Assembly (NCBI GenBank): GCA_965276755.1
Contig: OZ255625.1
Coordinates: forward strand, 1,020,784 to 1,084,783
Reading direction: 5' to 3'
DNA: 64,000 bases
Origin: Acetobacteraceae bacterium
GTDB lineage: Bacteria; Pseudomonadota; Alphaproteobacteria; Acetobacterales; Acetobacteraceae
This document shows, piece after piece, positions 20,131 to 30,309 of the stretch; within the stretch, counting starts at the first letter, position 1; each line of letters opens with the position of its first letter. A program made the translations under genes and the position numbers. Under the pieces are notes generated by a model that was not told where the DNA came from, made no database searches, and saw only the letters and a list, made by a program, of their open reading frames with translations.

Positions 20131-20573
20131 GCGAGGACCTCGCCGATCTCTACCAGGACACGATCCTGCGCCACGCGCGCCAACCGCTGCACATGCGCGA
20201 AATCGCCAACCCCGACGCCACCGCGTCCGGCGACAACCCCCTATGCGGCGATCGCTGCGCGGTCAGCATAAAATACGCGCCCGACCAAACGCTCGCCGAC
20301 ATCGCCTTCAAAGCCCGAGGCTGCGCCATATCGCTTGCCAGCGCAGACCTCATGGCCGAAACCGTACGCAACCGCTCTCGAGACGCCACCCGCGCCCTCG
20401 CAGACGACTTCATGTCCCTGGTAAAGACCGGCAGCACCAACAACCCGGACCTGCAAACCCTGCGCCCGCTATCCGGCGTATCCGAATACCCATCTCGCAT
20501 AAAATGCGCGACACTCCCCTGGGCCGCCCTGCTCGCGGCGCTCGACGGGCAACAGGAGGCTACCAGTGAGTGA
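20127..20573 (+). CDS. sufU: SUF system NifU/IscU-like scaffold (SufU)
   Basis: DLYQDTIL, NPLCGD, GCAISLASA, RIKCATLPW motifs. Confidence 0.9.
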   Translation: MSEDLADLYQDTILRHARQPLHMREIANPDATASGDNPLCGDRCAVSIKYAPDQTLADIAFKARGCAISLASADLMAETVRNRSRDATRALADDFMSLVKTGSTNNPDLQTLRPLSGVSEYPSRIKCATLPWAALLAALDGQQEATSE

Positions 20574-20940
20574 CACCGAGCACACCCAACCCACAAGCCT
20601 GGGCACCTGGACACCGGACGGTGAAACCATTGCAGCCCCCAACGAAACCGCGATCATCGACGCCATCTGCACCGTCCATGACCCCGAGATCCCGGTCAAC
20701 ATCTATGAACTCGGCCTGATCTACGCGATAGAAATTGCCGATGCCGGCGCCATCCGCGTGGAAATGACGCTGACCGCCCCAGGCTGCCCAAGCGCCCAGG
20801 AACTCCCCGAACAAGTGCGTGAAGCCGTGCTCGCCATCCCCGGCGTCACCAATTGCGACGTCACTACCGTTTGGGACCCGCCGTGGAATCCCAGTCGCAT
20901 GTCCGAAGAAGCCCGCCTCTCGCTCAACATGTTCTCATAG
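20566..20940 (+). CDS. DUF59/SufT-type Fe-S assembly protein
   Basis: VHDPEIPVNIYELGLIY, MTLTAPGCP, WDPPW motifs. Confidence 0.9.
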   Translation: MSDTEHTQPTSLGTWTPDGETIAAPNETAIIDAICTVHDPEIPVNIYELGLIYAIEIADAGAIRVEMTLTAPGCPSAQELPEQVREAVLAIPGVTNCDVTTVWDPPWNPSRMSEEARLSLNMFS

Positions 20941-20950
20941 GCGCACGCAG

Positions 20951-21322
20951 ATGTCCGAGACCCAGCAAACCGCCCCGCGCGCCCGCCGCGCCCTGCCCCC
21001 GCTCATGTCGCTGACCGACGCCGCGGCCGCCCGCCTGCGCGCCCTCTACGCACACGCGCACGAAGGCGAACTCCTGCGCATCGCACTCAGCACAAAGGGC
21101 TGCTCCGGCCTTTCCTACGATATGTCGTTCGTCAAATCCCCAGCGCCTACCGACGAAATCATCAAGGATAAGGACGTGACAGTCCTGGTTGACAAGAAAG
21201 CCACGCTCTTCCTCATCGGCACGACGATGGATTATGAAGAACAAACCCTCTCATCGCAATTCACCTTCATCAATCCCAATGAAAAAGGCCGCTGCGGCTG
21301 CGGAGAGTCATTCCACGTATAA
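20951..21322 (+). CDS. HesB/IscA/SufA-family A-type carrier
   Basis: KGCSGLSY, F.F.NPNEKGRCGCGESF motifs. Confidence 0.93.
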   Translation: MSETQQTAPRARRALPPLMSLTDAAAARLRALYAHAHEGELLRIALSTKGCSGLSYDMSFVKSPAPTDEIIKDKDVTVLVDKKATLFLIGTTMDYEEQTLSSQFTFINPNEKGRCGCGESFHV

Positions 21323-21327
21323 ACAAA

Positions 21328-21443
21328 AAAGAAAGCGCTTCTTTTTTAAAAAAAAGAAGCAAAAAAATTTTGAAAGTTAGCCCCGCGCCAAACTGACAAA
21401 AGTCTTTTTGCTTCTTTTTCTTCAGAAAAAGAAGACTCTTCCT
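21328..21443. repeat. Inverted pair of family B repeats
   Basis: GCTTCTTTTTTAAAAAAAAGAAGCAAAAAAATTTT ... AAAAGTCTTTTTGCTTCTTTTTCTTCAGAAAAAGAAG between convergent genes. Confidence 0.85.
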
Positions 21444-21681
21444 AACGCTGCTCCAGCGACCGCCGAAGATCGCCCGTACTCACACCGGTCGCCGCACTAT
21501 GCAGCACATTCAAAATCGCATTATCATCCATCACGCTCGCCAGCAGCCCGAGTGCCCCGCCCAGCATGGCAGAGGCAATCGGCATCGGCCCCAAACCCTT
21601 CTGCCGCAGCGCCTCCACCGCATGCTCGATGGCATGCCCAGCCTCGGTCAAATCCGCCGCCAATTTGTCGTCATCCGCCAT
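21442..21681 (-). CDS. Small hypothetical protein
   Basis: 79 aa, helical, host-like codon usage. Confidence 0.6.
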   Translation of the reverse strand: MADDDKLAADLTEAGHAIEHAVEALRQKGLGPMPIASAMLGGALGLLASVMDDNAILNVLHSAATGVSTGDLRRSLEQR

Positions 21682-21713
21682 AGCAAAACCCCATGCCAAT
21701 ATTCCTCCCCGCT

Positions 21714-22400
21714 ATGGTGACCCAACCCCCGCCCGGCAATCCCCCCACCATCCTCTTCGCAGACGGCCGCCTCATCATCATCGACAAACCGGCCGGCCTG
21801 CCCGTCCATCCCGGCCCCTCAGGCCGCCCAAGCGTCGAAGACCTCTTCCCCACCCTCACCCGCCGCAAGACCGGCCCCTGGCTCGCCCACCGCCTTGATG
21901 CAGACACCTCGGGCTGCCTGGCCATCGCACTGACCAAGACGGCCCTGATCGCCACCCAGCAAGCCTTTGCCGCCGGCCGGGTCCGCAAGACCTATTGGGC
22001 TCTCACCGCAGGCACCCCCACGACCCCACGCGGCCAAATCGACGCGCCCCTCCTCAAGCGCACCACGCCAGCCGGATGGCGCATGCACCCAGACCCCGCC
22101 GGCGAGCCCGCCCGCACCGATTGGCGCCTGGTGGCCACGCAGGCCGGCATCTCCCTGCTCGAACTGCACCCAAGCACCGGCCGCACCCACCAAATCCGCG
22201 TCCATTGCGCCACGCTCGGCTGCCCCATCCTGGGTGACCCCATCTACGGCGACGGTCGCGGCACGCTCGCCTTGCTCGCCCGCGCCCTGCACATACCGCT
22301 GGACCCACCCATCAGCGCCCAGGCGCCAATTCCGCCCCACATGGCCGCCATCTGCGCCATACGCCCTTCGCTGCAGCACGCCATCGGTAATCCTTCGTAA
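21714..22400 (+). CDS. RluA-family pseudouridine synthase
   Basis: IDKPAGLPVH, HRLDADTSG, TGRTHQIRVH, PILGDPIYG motifs. Confidence 0.92.
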   Translation: MVTQPPPGNPPTILFADGRLIIIDKPAGLPVHPGPSGRPSVEDLFPTLTRRKTGPWLAHRLDADTSGCLAIALTKTALIATQQAFAAGRVRKTYWALTAGTPTTPRGQIDAPLLKRTTPAGWRMHPDPAGEPARTDWRLVATQAGISLLELHPSTGRTHQIRVHCATLGCPILGDPIYGDGRGTLALLARALHIPLDPPISAQAPIPPHMAAICAIRPSLQHAIGNPS

Positions 22401-22500
22401 CCCTTCCACCCGCCGCCGATACTCAAACGCGCCCACGCCAATGCCATTTGAAAGCCAGTGGCGCGCACGAACCCAGCGCCCACAACCCAGGAGAACGTCA

Positions 22501-22962
22501 ATGAAGTTCAAGCAAACCCTGATCGCCGCCACCGCCGTTTGCGCGCTCGCCGCATCGGGCGCGGCACTCGCCCAGCCCATGGAAGGCCACCACCATGGCG
22601 GCGGCGAGGGCATGGAAATCCTGCACGCGCTGAACCTGACCGACGCACAAAAAACGCAGGTGCATGAGGCCGAACACGCCGCCTGGGGCCAGGCCAAGCC
22701 GATCATGGCCGAAATGCGCAGCACGCACGAACAGATGGCCACCGCGCTGACCGTCTCCGGTCCGGTCACCGCCGAGCAGCTCGCACCAATGATGCAGAAG
22801 GAAGAGCAGCTGCACGGTCAGCTCGACCAGATCCACCTCAATGCCGTGCTGCAGATTCGCAACATGCTGACGCCTGAGCAGATCACGCAGGCCGCCGCAC
22901 TGCATGAGAAGTTGGCAGCGCTACACAGCCAGGAACACGAAATTCTTGGCAGACAGGACTAA
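22501..22962 (+). CDS. Spy/CpxP-family periplasmic protein
   Basis: Signal peptide; LNLTDAQK and MLTPEQ motifs. Confidence 0.8.
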   Translation: MKFKQTLIAATAVCALAASGAALAQPMEGHHHGGGEGMEILHALNLTDAQKTQVHEAEHAAWGQAKPIMAEMRSTHEQMATALTVSGPVTAEQLAPMMQKEEQLHGQLDQIHLNAVLQIRNMLTPEQITQAAALHEKLAALHSQEHEILGRQD

Positions 22963-22972
22963 GGAAAAAGAA

Positions 22973-23072
22973 CTGGGGGGAACGTGCCGTTCCCCCCAGA
23001 CCCCCGTCTTCATTTTAGTCCCCGTCTAAACTAATGATGGGGGGTCTGAGGGGGATGGCACATCTCCCCCAG
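22973..23072. repeat. Family A inverted doublet (100 bp)
   Basis: CTGGGGGGAACGTGCCGTTCCCCCCAGACCCCCGTC-linker-GATGGGGGGTCTGAGGGGGATGGCACATCTCCCCCAG. Confidence 0.9.
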
Positions 23073-23421
23073 GTTTTTTTTCGCTCGCCTGCATCACCGC
23101 CAACTCATTCCCGTTCGGGTCCTCAAAGTGAAACCGCCGCCCGCCCGGAAAGGAGAAAATCGGTTTGACAATAATCCCGCCTGCCTCCTCCACCGCGGCC
23201 AGGCACGCCTGCAGATCGTCCACGGAAATCACCGGCAACGGCGCGCGGGTCGCCTCGGCCATATCCGCCTGCAACCCGACATCGACATCGCCCGTCATCG
23301 TGCACGCATAACTCGGCCCGAAGCCGGTCAGCGCCCAGCCGAAAACCTCGGCGTAAAAACTCGCCCCCGCGCCAATATCGGCAGACGGCAATTCGACGAA
23401 CATTACGCGCGGCACCGTCAT
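23026..23421 (-). CDS. VOC/glyoxalase-family protein
   Basis: FVELPSAD, FYAEVFGW, GGRRFHFEDPNGNELAV; the C-terminus runs through the repeat. Confidence 0.88.
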   Translation of the reverse strand: MTVPRVMFVELPSADIGAGASFYAEVFGWALTGFGPSYACTMTGDVDVGLQADMAEATRAPLPVISVDDLQACLAAVEEAGGIIVKPIFSFPGGRRFHFEDPNGNELAVMQASEKKPGGDVPSPSDPPSLV

Positions 23422-23768
23422 TTTTTCTTTCCCTTCTTCGGCGCCGCCGCAAGCTCGGCGGCGCAGCGCACCACCCATTTCCGCAACACACCCGCATCGG
23501 CCAGCATAGCTTCAGGCACAACCACATAACTCTTGCTCTCAGGCTGACCGGCCTCATAGCGCAACCGCGCGGCCCCGGGCACAGCCAACAGTGCCGCATG
23601 CGTCCCGCCCGCGCATTTCAACGCCAGCCCCACATCGGACAATGACGCAAGCGGCTTTCCCTCCGCATACGCCAATATTCCGCCGAACATCGAGCGAAAC
23701 GCCAGCGGCAAATCGGGCGACGCGGCCGCACTCAGTACCACCTTCAACGCATGCGGATCATGTGCCAC
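23418..23768 (-). CDS. TfoX/Sxy-like protein
   Basis: FRSMFGG...LALK, SKSYVVVP motifs. Confidence 0.7.
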   Translation of the reverse strand: MAHDPHALKVVLSAAASPDLPLAFRSMFGGILAYAEGKPLASLSDVGLALKCAGGTHAALLAVPGAARLRYEAGQPESKSYVVVPEAMLADAGVLRKWVVRCAAELAAAPKKGKKK

Positions 23769-23771
23769 CGG

Positions 23772-24356
23772 CTAATCGTATTCGACAGGCTGGGACGGCT
23801 CACATTGCTTGACCGGGTTGGGCCGCGCCACCCGGCTATCCTTGACCCAGCACTCATCGAACACCGAGCAGTAACAAACCCGAACCCTGACGCCGAAGCG
23901 CTTCTTGTTCAAAAGCTCCCATAATCCGGACTGGCTCTGCGGCCCGAACGTGATGAAATCGATCTCATCGCGCGCCGGCAACACGTCGTTGCTCACCTGG
24001 CTCGTCGAAAAATTCGGGGTTTTTGCGCCGCAGCAAATCTGCAACAACTGCTCGAAATTCTTGACAGGCGTGTCTTCGTAAAAAACCTCGAACGTGTCGA
24101 TGCGGGCCGGCCCCACCCCCGTGTTGCGCAGCGCCAGAGTGATCGTTTTCGGCTGCCCGGGCATTTCGTTGCCCGTACTGTAGCTGATATTCGGCCAGGA
24201 ATTAGCCTCCACCAACCTCTCCATCGTCTTGCCGTGATGCACGGCGATGAATATCGACACCGCAGACATCACCACCGCCAGCCCGCCTAGGATGAAATCA
24301 ACGTGGCTGTGTCCGGTCTTGTGGCGGTGTGCCTCGACTTCCGGTCCTTCGATCAC
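23772..24356 (-). CDS. Hypothetical membrane-anchored protein
   Basis: N-terminal TM helix; LRNTGVGPARI and CYCSVFDECW; translationally coupled to putA. Confidence 0.7.
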   Translation of the reverse strand: MIEGPEVEAHRHKTGHSHVDFILGGLAVVMSAVSIFIAVHHGKTMERLVEANSWPNISYSTGNEMPGQPKTITLALRNTGVGPARIDTFEVFYEDTPVKNFEQLLQICCGAKTPNFSTSQVSNDVLPARDEIDFITFGPQSQSGLWELLNKKRFGVRVRVCYCSVFDECWVKDSRVARPNPVKQCEPSQPVEYD

Positions 24357-27300
24357 GCGCGCACTTCCTCCGCACTCAACAACACCGCATTGCCGCCTGC
24401 CGCGGCCGTATTGATCGAAATCGTCTGCTCCACACCAAAGCGGCGCAGATAATCCGGCCCGCCCGCCTTGGGCCCGGTGCCCGACAACCCGGACCCGCCA
24501 AACGGCTGCACGCCCACCACGGCGCCGATCATGTTGCGATTGACATAGACGTTCCCCACCGCAAGCCGCTCGGCAATCCGTGCCGCGCCCGCATCGATGC
24601 GCGTCTGTATTCCCAACGTCAACCCGTAACCGGAAGCGTCCAACGCGTCGAGCAACCCGTCCAGCACGGCTGCCTTGTAGCGCACCACATGCAGCACCGG
24701 CCCAAATACTTCCTCTGCCAAGTCCTCAGGCTTCTTCAGCTCGAAGATATGCGGCGCCACGAAATACCCGGCAGCCGGCGCCTCTCCCGCATAATGCGTT
24801 TTGGCATGCGCCGACATGCGCGCGATGTGCGCACGCAGCCGCGCCTGCGCCTCCTCATCGATCGCCGGTCCTATATGCGTGGCCGGGTCGCGCGGATCGC
24901 CCAGTTTCAATTCCGCCGCAGCACCCGCCAGCATGGCTATCACCTTGTCAGCAACATCCTCCTGCACCGCCAGCAACCGCAATGCAGAACAGCGCTGTCC
25001 CGCACTGCGAAACGCGCTCATCACCGCATCATCGACCACCTGCTCAGGCAGCGCTGTCGCGTCCACGATCATGGCATTGATGCCGCCCGTCTCTGCAATC
25101 AATGGCACGATCGGTCCGCGTTTGTCGGCAAGTGCGCGATTGATCGCCCAGGCCACCTCCGTCGATCCCGTAAAGGCCACGCCCGCCACGCGCGCATGCC
25201 CAACCAGGCGCGCACCCACCGCACCATCGCCCAGCACCAGGTGCAAAGCGCCCGCAGGCACGCCGGCCTCATGCAGCAGCCGCACCGCCTCGTGGGCAAC
25301 CAGTGGGGTTTGCTCAGCAGGCTTGGCAACCACGCTATTGCCGGAGGCCAGCGCCGCACTCACCTGGCCGACAAAGATCGCCAGCGGAAAATTCCACGGC
25401 GAGATGCACACGAATACCCCCCGCCCACGCCTGCGCAACGTGTTCCGCTCGCCTGTCGGCCCAGGCAGTATCTCGCCCTCGCCATACAGCGCGCGTGCCT
25501 GCACCGCATAATAGCGCAGGAAATCCACCGCTTCGCGCAATTCCGCAAGCCCATCGTCCAGCGTCTTGCCGCCCTCGGCCGCGAGCAGATAAAGCATCCG
25601 CCCACGCCTGGCTTCCAGCAAATCCGCCGCGCGCTCCAGCACCACCGCGCGCCCATCGGCCGCAGTCTCCGCCCATGCGCGAAACCCCGCCACCGCGGCG
25701 GCCATCGCCGCCTCGCCATCCCCCCCGGTGGCATCGACAACACTGCCGATCACGCTAACCGCATCATGGGGGCTGACAACCTGACGCGCCACGCCCGGCC
25801 GCCGCCTCCCATCAATGAGCGAGGCCGCATCTACGCGCGCAGTGTCGCGCGCAATCTCTGCAAGCAACTTGTCCAAGCTGGCCGTGTGTCCAAACTCAAC
25901 GCCGGCGGAATTGCGTCGCTCCGCGCCATAAAGGCCCTGGGGCATTGGCAGCCCGGCGTGCCGCGCCCGCTCCGGGCTGCCCACAATATCCCCAGGCCTG
26001 CGCAGCAATTCTGCCACGGGCACGCTCGCATCCGCCGATACGCTGACAAAACTCGAATTGGCCCCATTCTCAAGCAAGCGCCGCACAAGGTAGGCGAGCA
26101 GATCGACATGCACGCCTACCGGCGCATAAGTCCGCACCCCAATGCCCGGATGCTGCTCAAGCAGAGCGCCGTACAATGCATCGCCCATGCCATGCAGCCG
26201 CTGGAACTCGTAACCCTGCGTGCCCCCCGCACGATCCATGACACTGGCCACGGTCAGCGCATTATGCGTGGCAAACTGCGGATAAATCCGTGGCCGTTGC
26301 GCCAGCAGCCGTTCGGCGCACGCCAAATAGTTCAAATCCGTCATCGGCTTGCGCGTAAAGACCGGATAATCCGGCAACCCCCGTTCCTGTGCGCGCTTGA
26401 TCTCCGTGTCCCAGTAAGCGCCCTTGACGAGCCGCACCATGAAGCGCCGATCCAGCCGCGCGGCCAGTTCGCCCGTATAATCAATCGCCGCCAGAGCCCG
26501 CTTGCCATAAGCCTGGATCGCCAGCCCGAACCCGTCCCATTTCTCCAGCCTGCGATCGGCAGCAACCGCGGCAAGCACATCCATCGACAATTCCAGCCGA
26601 TCGGCCTCCTCGGCATCGATCGTGAAATTCAGCCCGCGAATGGCCGCCGCCCGCGCCAGCTCGCGCACCCGCGGCACCAATTCGTCCATGACCCGAGCGC
26701 GAGACACCGCCTCGTACCGAGGATGCAGCGCAGACAACTTGACCGATATCCCCGGCCGATCCGGCAACGGCTTATTGCCCGCCGCATTGCCGATGGCCGC
26801 AATCGCGGCCGCATAACTCGCCTGGTATCGCTCGGCATCGCGCGCCGTGCGCGCACCCTCGCCCAGCATATCGAAGCTATAACGAAACAACCGCCCCGCC
26901 CGGCTGCCTGCGCGCGCCAGCGCATCCTCGATCGATTGTCCAAGCACGAAATGGCTGCCCATCACCCGCATCGCCTGGCGCAACGCCGCGCGCACCGTCG
27001 GCAGCCCCAATCGGCGCACCACCCCGCGCAAGATCCCCTCCGGCGTATCGGCCGGCCCCACCAATCGCGCCGACAAACCCAACGCCCAGGCACTGGCGTG
27101 AACCAGCATGCTTTCGGGCTGATGCGTGCCCGCGGCAAATCCGCCCTGGCCCAATTTGTCCTCGATCAGCCGGTCGGCGGTCGCATCATCGGGCACACGC
27201 AGCAAACCCTCGGCCAATACCATCAGCGCCAAACCTTCAGGCGTAGTCAGGCTGTATTCGCGCAGCAGCGCCTCGATCCCGCCAATGCCGCCCACACTGG

Positions 27301-27442
27301 CGCGAATAGCCTCCACCAAATAGCGTGCCTGCGCATCAATGCGCGCCTCGCGCTCCGGCGCCAGGCGCGCACCCGCCAGCAGCGCACCCGCAAGCACGCC
27401 GTCATCAGGCGCAAACGCCGGCCGGAAGGGAGCCAGGCTCAT
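24353..27442 (-). CDS. putA: Bifunctional proline dehydrogenase / P5C dehydrogenase
   Basis: YSFDMLGEGA, SVKLSALHP, VRLVKGAYWD, FATHNA, ETGG, GQRCSALR, EEVFGP motifs. Confidence 0.97.
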   Translation of the reverse strand: MSLAPFRPAFAPDDGVLAGALLAGARLAPEREARIDAQARYLVEAIRASVGGIGGIEALLREYSLTTPEGLALMVLAEGLLRVPDDATADRLIEDKLGQGGFAAGTHQPESMLVHASAWALGLSARLVGPADTPEGILRGVVRRLGLPTVRAALRQAMRVMGSHFVLGQSIEDALARAGSRAGRLFRYSFDMLGEGARTARDAERYQASYAAAIAAIGNAAGNKPLPDRPGISVKLSALHPRYEAVSRARVMDELVPRVRELARAAAIRGLNFTIDAEEADRLELSMDVLAAVAADRRLEKWDGFGLAIQAYGKRALAAIDYTGELAARLDRRFMVRLVKGAYWDTEIKRAQERGLPDYPVFTRKPMTDLNYLACAERLLAQRPRIYPQFATHNALTVASVMDRAGGTQGYEFQRLHGMGDALYGALLEQHPGIGVRTYAPVGVHVDLLAYLVRRLLENGANSSFVSVSADASVPVAELLRRPGDIVGSPERARHAGLPMPQGLYGAERRNSAGVEFGHTASLDKLLAEIARDTARVDAASLIDGRRRPGVARQVVSPHDAVSVIGSVVDATGGDGEAAMAAAVAGFRAWAETAADGRAVVLERAADLLEARRGRMLYLLAAEGGKTLDDGLAELREAVDFLRYYAVQARALYGEGEILPGPTGERNTLRRRGRGVFVCISPWNFPLAIFVGQVSAALASGNSVVAKPAEQTPLVAHEAVRLLHEAGVPAGALHLVLGDGAVGARLVGHARVAGVAFTGSTEVAWAINRALADKRGPIVPLIAETGGINAMIVDATALPEQVVDDAVMSAFRSAGQRCSALRLLAVQEDVADKVIAMLAGAAAELKLGDPRDPATHIGPAIDEEAQARLRAHIARMSAHAKTHYAGEAPAAGYFVAPHIFELKKPEDLAEEVFGPVLHVVRYKAAVLDGLLDALDASGYGLTLGIQTRIDAGAARIAERLAVGNVYVNRNMIGAVVGVQPFGGSGLSGTGPKAGGPDYLRRFGVEQTISINTAAAGGNAVLLSAEEVRA

Positions 27443-28446
27443 TGCAGTGACGTCACGCCGGCCAAAAATTCCAGCAAGGCCGCATTCGTCTCATCAGGGC
27501 GTTCCTGCTGGATCCAGTGCCCCGCCCCGCGCGGCCGCACCTCCATGCGCAAATCGGCGCAATGGGCGCGCATATTCTCCAACTGATTGGGCAGCATGGC
27601 GAGCACCACCTCATACTCTCCCGCCAGAAACCCCGCCGGCTGAGCAATGACATTATCCCCGTAAGCCGCCGCATCGGCGGCGTTGCGCGTGAAATTGCGA
27701 TACCAGTTTAACGGCCCGCGCCAACCACCTGCGGCAAACGCGGCAGCATATCGCTCAAGCTCGTCGTCTGACATGAAACTCAGCGGCGCGGCAGGCGCCT
27801 CGTCCCAGCTCTCCATCAATTTGGCATCACGCGGCACGTGCCGACCGCTGCGGTTCTTGACCCCTTCTCCGCTGGCACTCCAGTAGATCTTCTTTAGCGC
27901 CTTTGGCAGATCGACGGTATCCATTTCCGCTTCCGCCACGCCGATATCCTGAAAATAGCGGATGTAGAAAAAGCGGTCGGGATAGAGCGCGTCGATCACC
28001 TTCATGAAATCGACCTTCGCCGCACCCGCATGCGGCACGCTCATGCCGAACACGCCCGCAACGGTCTGCGGAAAGCGCAGCGCGCAACGCCACGCCGCCG
28101 GCGCGCCCCAATCATGCCCGACCGCCACCCAGCGCGGCGCACCAAGTGCGGACGCGATGGCCTGCATGTCATCGGCGATCGTGTCCAGCGTATAAGCAGC
28201 AGGCTCGGTCGGCTTGCCGCTCTGCCCGTAGCCACGCATGTCGGGCACGGCGACCATGTAGCCCGCCGCGGCCAAGGCCGGAACCTGGTGGCGCCAGGAC
28301 AGACCCTGCTCCGGCCACCCATGCATCAGGATGACCAACGGACCGCTGCCGGCGACGGTAACCGAAAGGTCGATGCCCGCGCCGGCGATCGTGCGGCGCG
28401 TGCCCAGGGCGTCCGATGTGGGTGGTGGTAAGGTGGTGTTGGCCAT
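27439..28446 (-). CDS. Alpha/beta hydrolase (epoxide hydrolase-like)
   Basis: HGWPE, PDMRGYG, GHDWGA, GAGHWIQQE motifs; GGGAGG RBS before ATG 28446. Confidence 0.9.
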   Translation of the reverse strand: MANTTLPPPTSDALGTRRTIAGAGIDLSVTVAGSGPLVILMHGWPEQGLSWRHQVPALAAAGYMVAVPDMRGYGQSGKPTEPAAYTLDTIADDMQAIASALGAPRWVAVGHDWGAPAAWRCALRFPQTVAGVFGMSVPHAGAAKVDFMKVIDALYPDRFFYIRYFQDIGVAEAEMDTVDLPKALKKIYWSASGEGVKNRSGRHVPRDAKLMESWDEAPAAPLSFMSDDELERYAAAFAAGGWRGPLNWYRNFTRNAADAAAYGDNVIAQPAGFLAGEYEVVLAMLPNQLENMRAHCADLRMEVRPRGAGHWIQQERPDETNAALLEFLAGVTSLQ

Positions 28447-28496
28447 GTTGCCTCCCGCTTTGCGGCCATGGCAGCATCGGGGCGCGGGCTTGTCCA

Positions 28497-28566
28497 CCGC
28501 GGCTAAGCTGGCGCGGCTAACCTGGCGCGGCTAACCTGGCGCGGCTAACCTGGCGCGGCTAACCTG
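28497..28566. repeat. 14-bp tandem repeat, 5 units
   Basis: GCGCGGCTAACCTG x4 perfect (28511-28566) plus one imperfect unit (28497-28510). Confidence 0.95.
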
Positions 28567-28593
28567 GCCTTGACGCTTGGATGACAAACTGAG

Positions 28594-29826
28594 TTGGCAC
28601 TCCATGGGCGATCATCAGTGTCCTTCGGCTTTCCGGTCCTGCTCGGCTCGCAAACCCTGGCACCACGCTATCGCTGGCGGCTGGTCGACGTCATGTTCGC
28701 CGCCTGGCGGCCCGCGGTGGAAGGCAGCTGCGCCGTCGGCGCCGTCGCGCTGATCTGCCTGCTCCAGACCGGCAACACGGTATTTGCCGCGCTACTCGTG
28801 ATAAATATCATGGTGCTTGCCGCGCGATTGCTGCTCGCGAGGTATTACGCGCGGGTTTGCAGCGCGAATGGACGGCGCTCCCACTCGCCGGAATATTGGG
28901 CAATCCGATTCTCCGTGGGCGCCGTTGCGGCGGCCGCACTTTGGGCCGGCCTGGATGTCGCGGTCATTGGCGCGCATGAGGCGAGGCTGCCCTTTCTCGT
29001 CCTGGTCGTTCAATCAGGGTGGCTGGGTGCCTCAAGCCCGCGGACCTCTGCCTTTCCGGCGGCGGCACTCGGCCAGGCCCTGATCGTCCTGGTCCCCGTC
29101 ATCGCCTACAGCTGCTTCATCCGCGATCATTTCCTGCAAATGCTGGCGCCGTTCGGCATTCTTCAACTCCTGGCATCCGCCGGCATTACGCGCACGGTCG
29201 GAGCGCAGATCACTGCGGCCATTCTGTCCGAGCAGCGGCTGGAGAAGGCCAACGCGCAGTTGACGCAATTATCGTCCACGGACGGCCTGACCGGCATCGG
29301 CAATCGGCGCGCCTTTGAGACCGCCTTCCAGACCGAATGGTCGCGCGCGGCACGCGACGGGTCCGATCTGGGCGTGCTGATGATCGATGTTGATTGCTTC
29401 AAGTCCTTTAACGATCATTACGGACATCCCGCGGGCGACGTTTGCCTGCGGCTGGTGGCGCAGGCGACGGCGGCCACATTGCGGCGGCCACCCGATACCG
29501 CAGCGCGTTTTGGCGGTGAGGAATTCATAGCACTCCTGCCTGGCGCGGACAGTGCGGCTGCGGCGGACGTGGCAGAGCGCGTGCGGCTGGCAATCATGGG
29601 AGCCGGCGTGGCCCATGCCCGAAGTGCGTTTGGGCGGGTGACAGTCAGCATAGGTTCGGCAAGCCTCGCACCGCATCCTGGGCAGGATCGCCAGGTGCTG
29701 ATCGATCTTGCCGACCGCGCGCTGTATGAAGCCAAACAGTCCGGGCGCAACACGGTATGCTGCGCCGGCGGCGACGTGCTCATCGCAGCCCTGGACCCGG
29801 CTGTCGGCAGCGCGGAGGCCTACTGA
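28594..29826 (+). CDS. Membrane-bound diguanylate cyclase (GGEEF)
   Basis: Several TM helices, [30 protein letters not shown]-site, ARFGGEEF; start codon uncertain. Confidence 0.9.
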   Translation: MALHGRSSVSFGFPVLLGSQTLAPRYRWRLVDVMFAAWRPAVEGSCAVGAVALICLLQTGNTVFAALLVINIMVLAARLLLARYYARVCSANGRRSHSPEYWAIRFSVGAVAAAALWAGLDVAVIGAHEARLPFLVLVVQSGWLGASSPRTSAFPAAALGQALIVLVPVIAYSCFIRDHFLQMLAPFGILQLLASAGITRTVGAQITAAILSEQRLEKANAQLTQLSSTDGLTGIGNRRAFETAFQTEWSRAARDGSDLGVLMIDVDCFKSFNDHYGHPAGDVCLRLVAQATAATLRRPPDTAARFGGEEFIALLPGADSAAAADVAERVRLAIMGAGVAHARSAFGRVTVSIGSASLAPHPGQDRQVLIDLADRALYEAKQSGRNTVCCAGGDVLIAALDPAVGSAEAY

Positions 29827-30251
29827 GCGGCGAGCAGTTCAACGTCGAAGATCAGTGTCGCACCAGGTGGGATGACCCCGCCGGCACCGCGATTGCCATA
29901 GGCCAGATCGGGTGGAATGATCAACGTGCGCTTGCCGCCGATATGCATGGTGGCCAGGCCCTCGTCCCAGCCCTTGATGACGCGGCCCTGTCCCAGCGCG
30001 AACTTGATCGGTTCGTTGCGGTCGAACGATGAGTCGAATTTTGCGCCCTTCTTGCCATCGACGTAGAGCCAGCCTGTGTAATTGACGCTGACGGTCTGGC
30101 CGGCCTTGGGCTCGGGGCCGGTGCCTGGGGACGTGTCGATGATGCGCAGGCCGGAGGGTGTTGTTGTTTCGGCGGCGGATGCGGACATGGTGGTGCTTCC
30201 TATCCAGGATGTGGCAAATAGCGTTAGAATTATGGCGCGAAATGTCGGCAT
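29820..30251 (-). CDS. FKBP-type peptidyl-prolyl isomerase
   Basis: [38 protein letters not shown] motifs. Confidence 0.95.
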   Translation of the reverse strand: MPTFRAIILTLFATSWIGSTTMSASAAETTTPSGLRIIDTSPGTGPEPKAGQTVSVNYTGWLYVDGKKGAKFDSSFDRNEPIKFALGQGRVIKGWDEGLATMHIGGKRTLIIPPDLAYGNRGAGGVIPPGATLIFDVELLAAQ

Positions 30252-30269
30252 AGAAACCTCCTAACTGAA

Positions 30270-30306
30270 GACGGGGGGTCTGGGGGGAATGGCACATTCC
30301 CCCCAG
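30270..30306. repeat. Family A half
   Basis: GACGGGGGGTCTGGGGGGAATGGCACATTCCCCCCAG. Confidence 0.9.
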
Positions 30307-30309
30307 TTC

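Noticed and set aside
24353-27442. PutA lacking an N-terminal DNA-binding domain
   Set aside because: Bifunctional PutA without the RHH domain is a normal, established class.
24329-27586. 1085-aa ORF on the + strand
   Set aside because: Antisense shadow of putA in high-GC DNA with no recognisable motifs; the same applies to 13275-14801, 42206-43822, 52217-53914 and similar ORFs.
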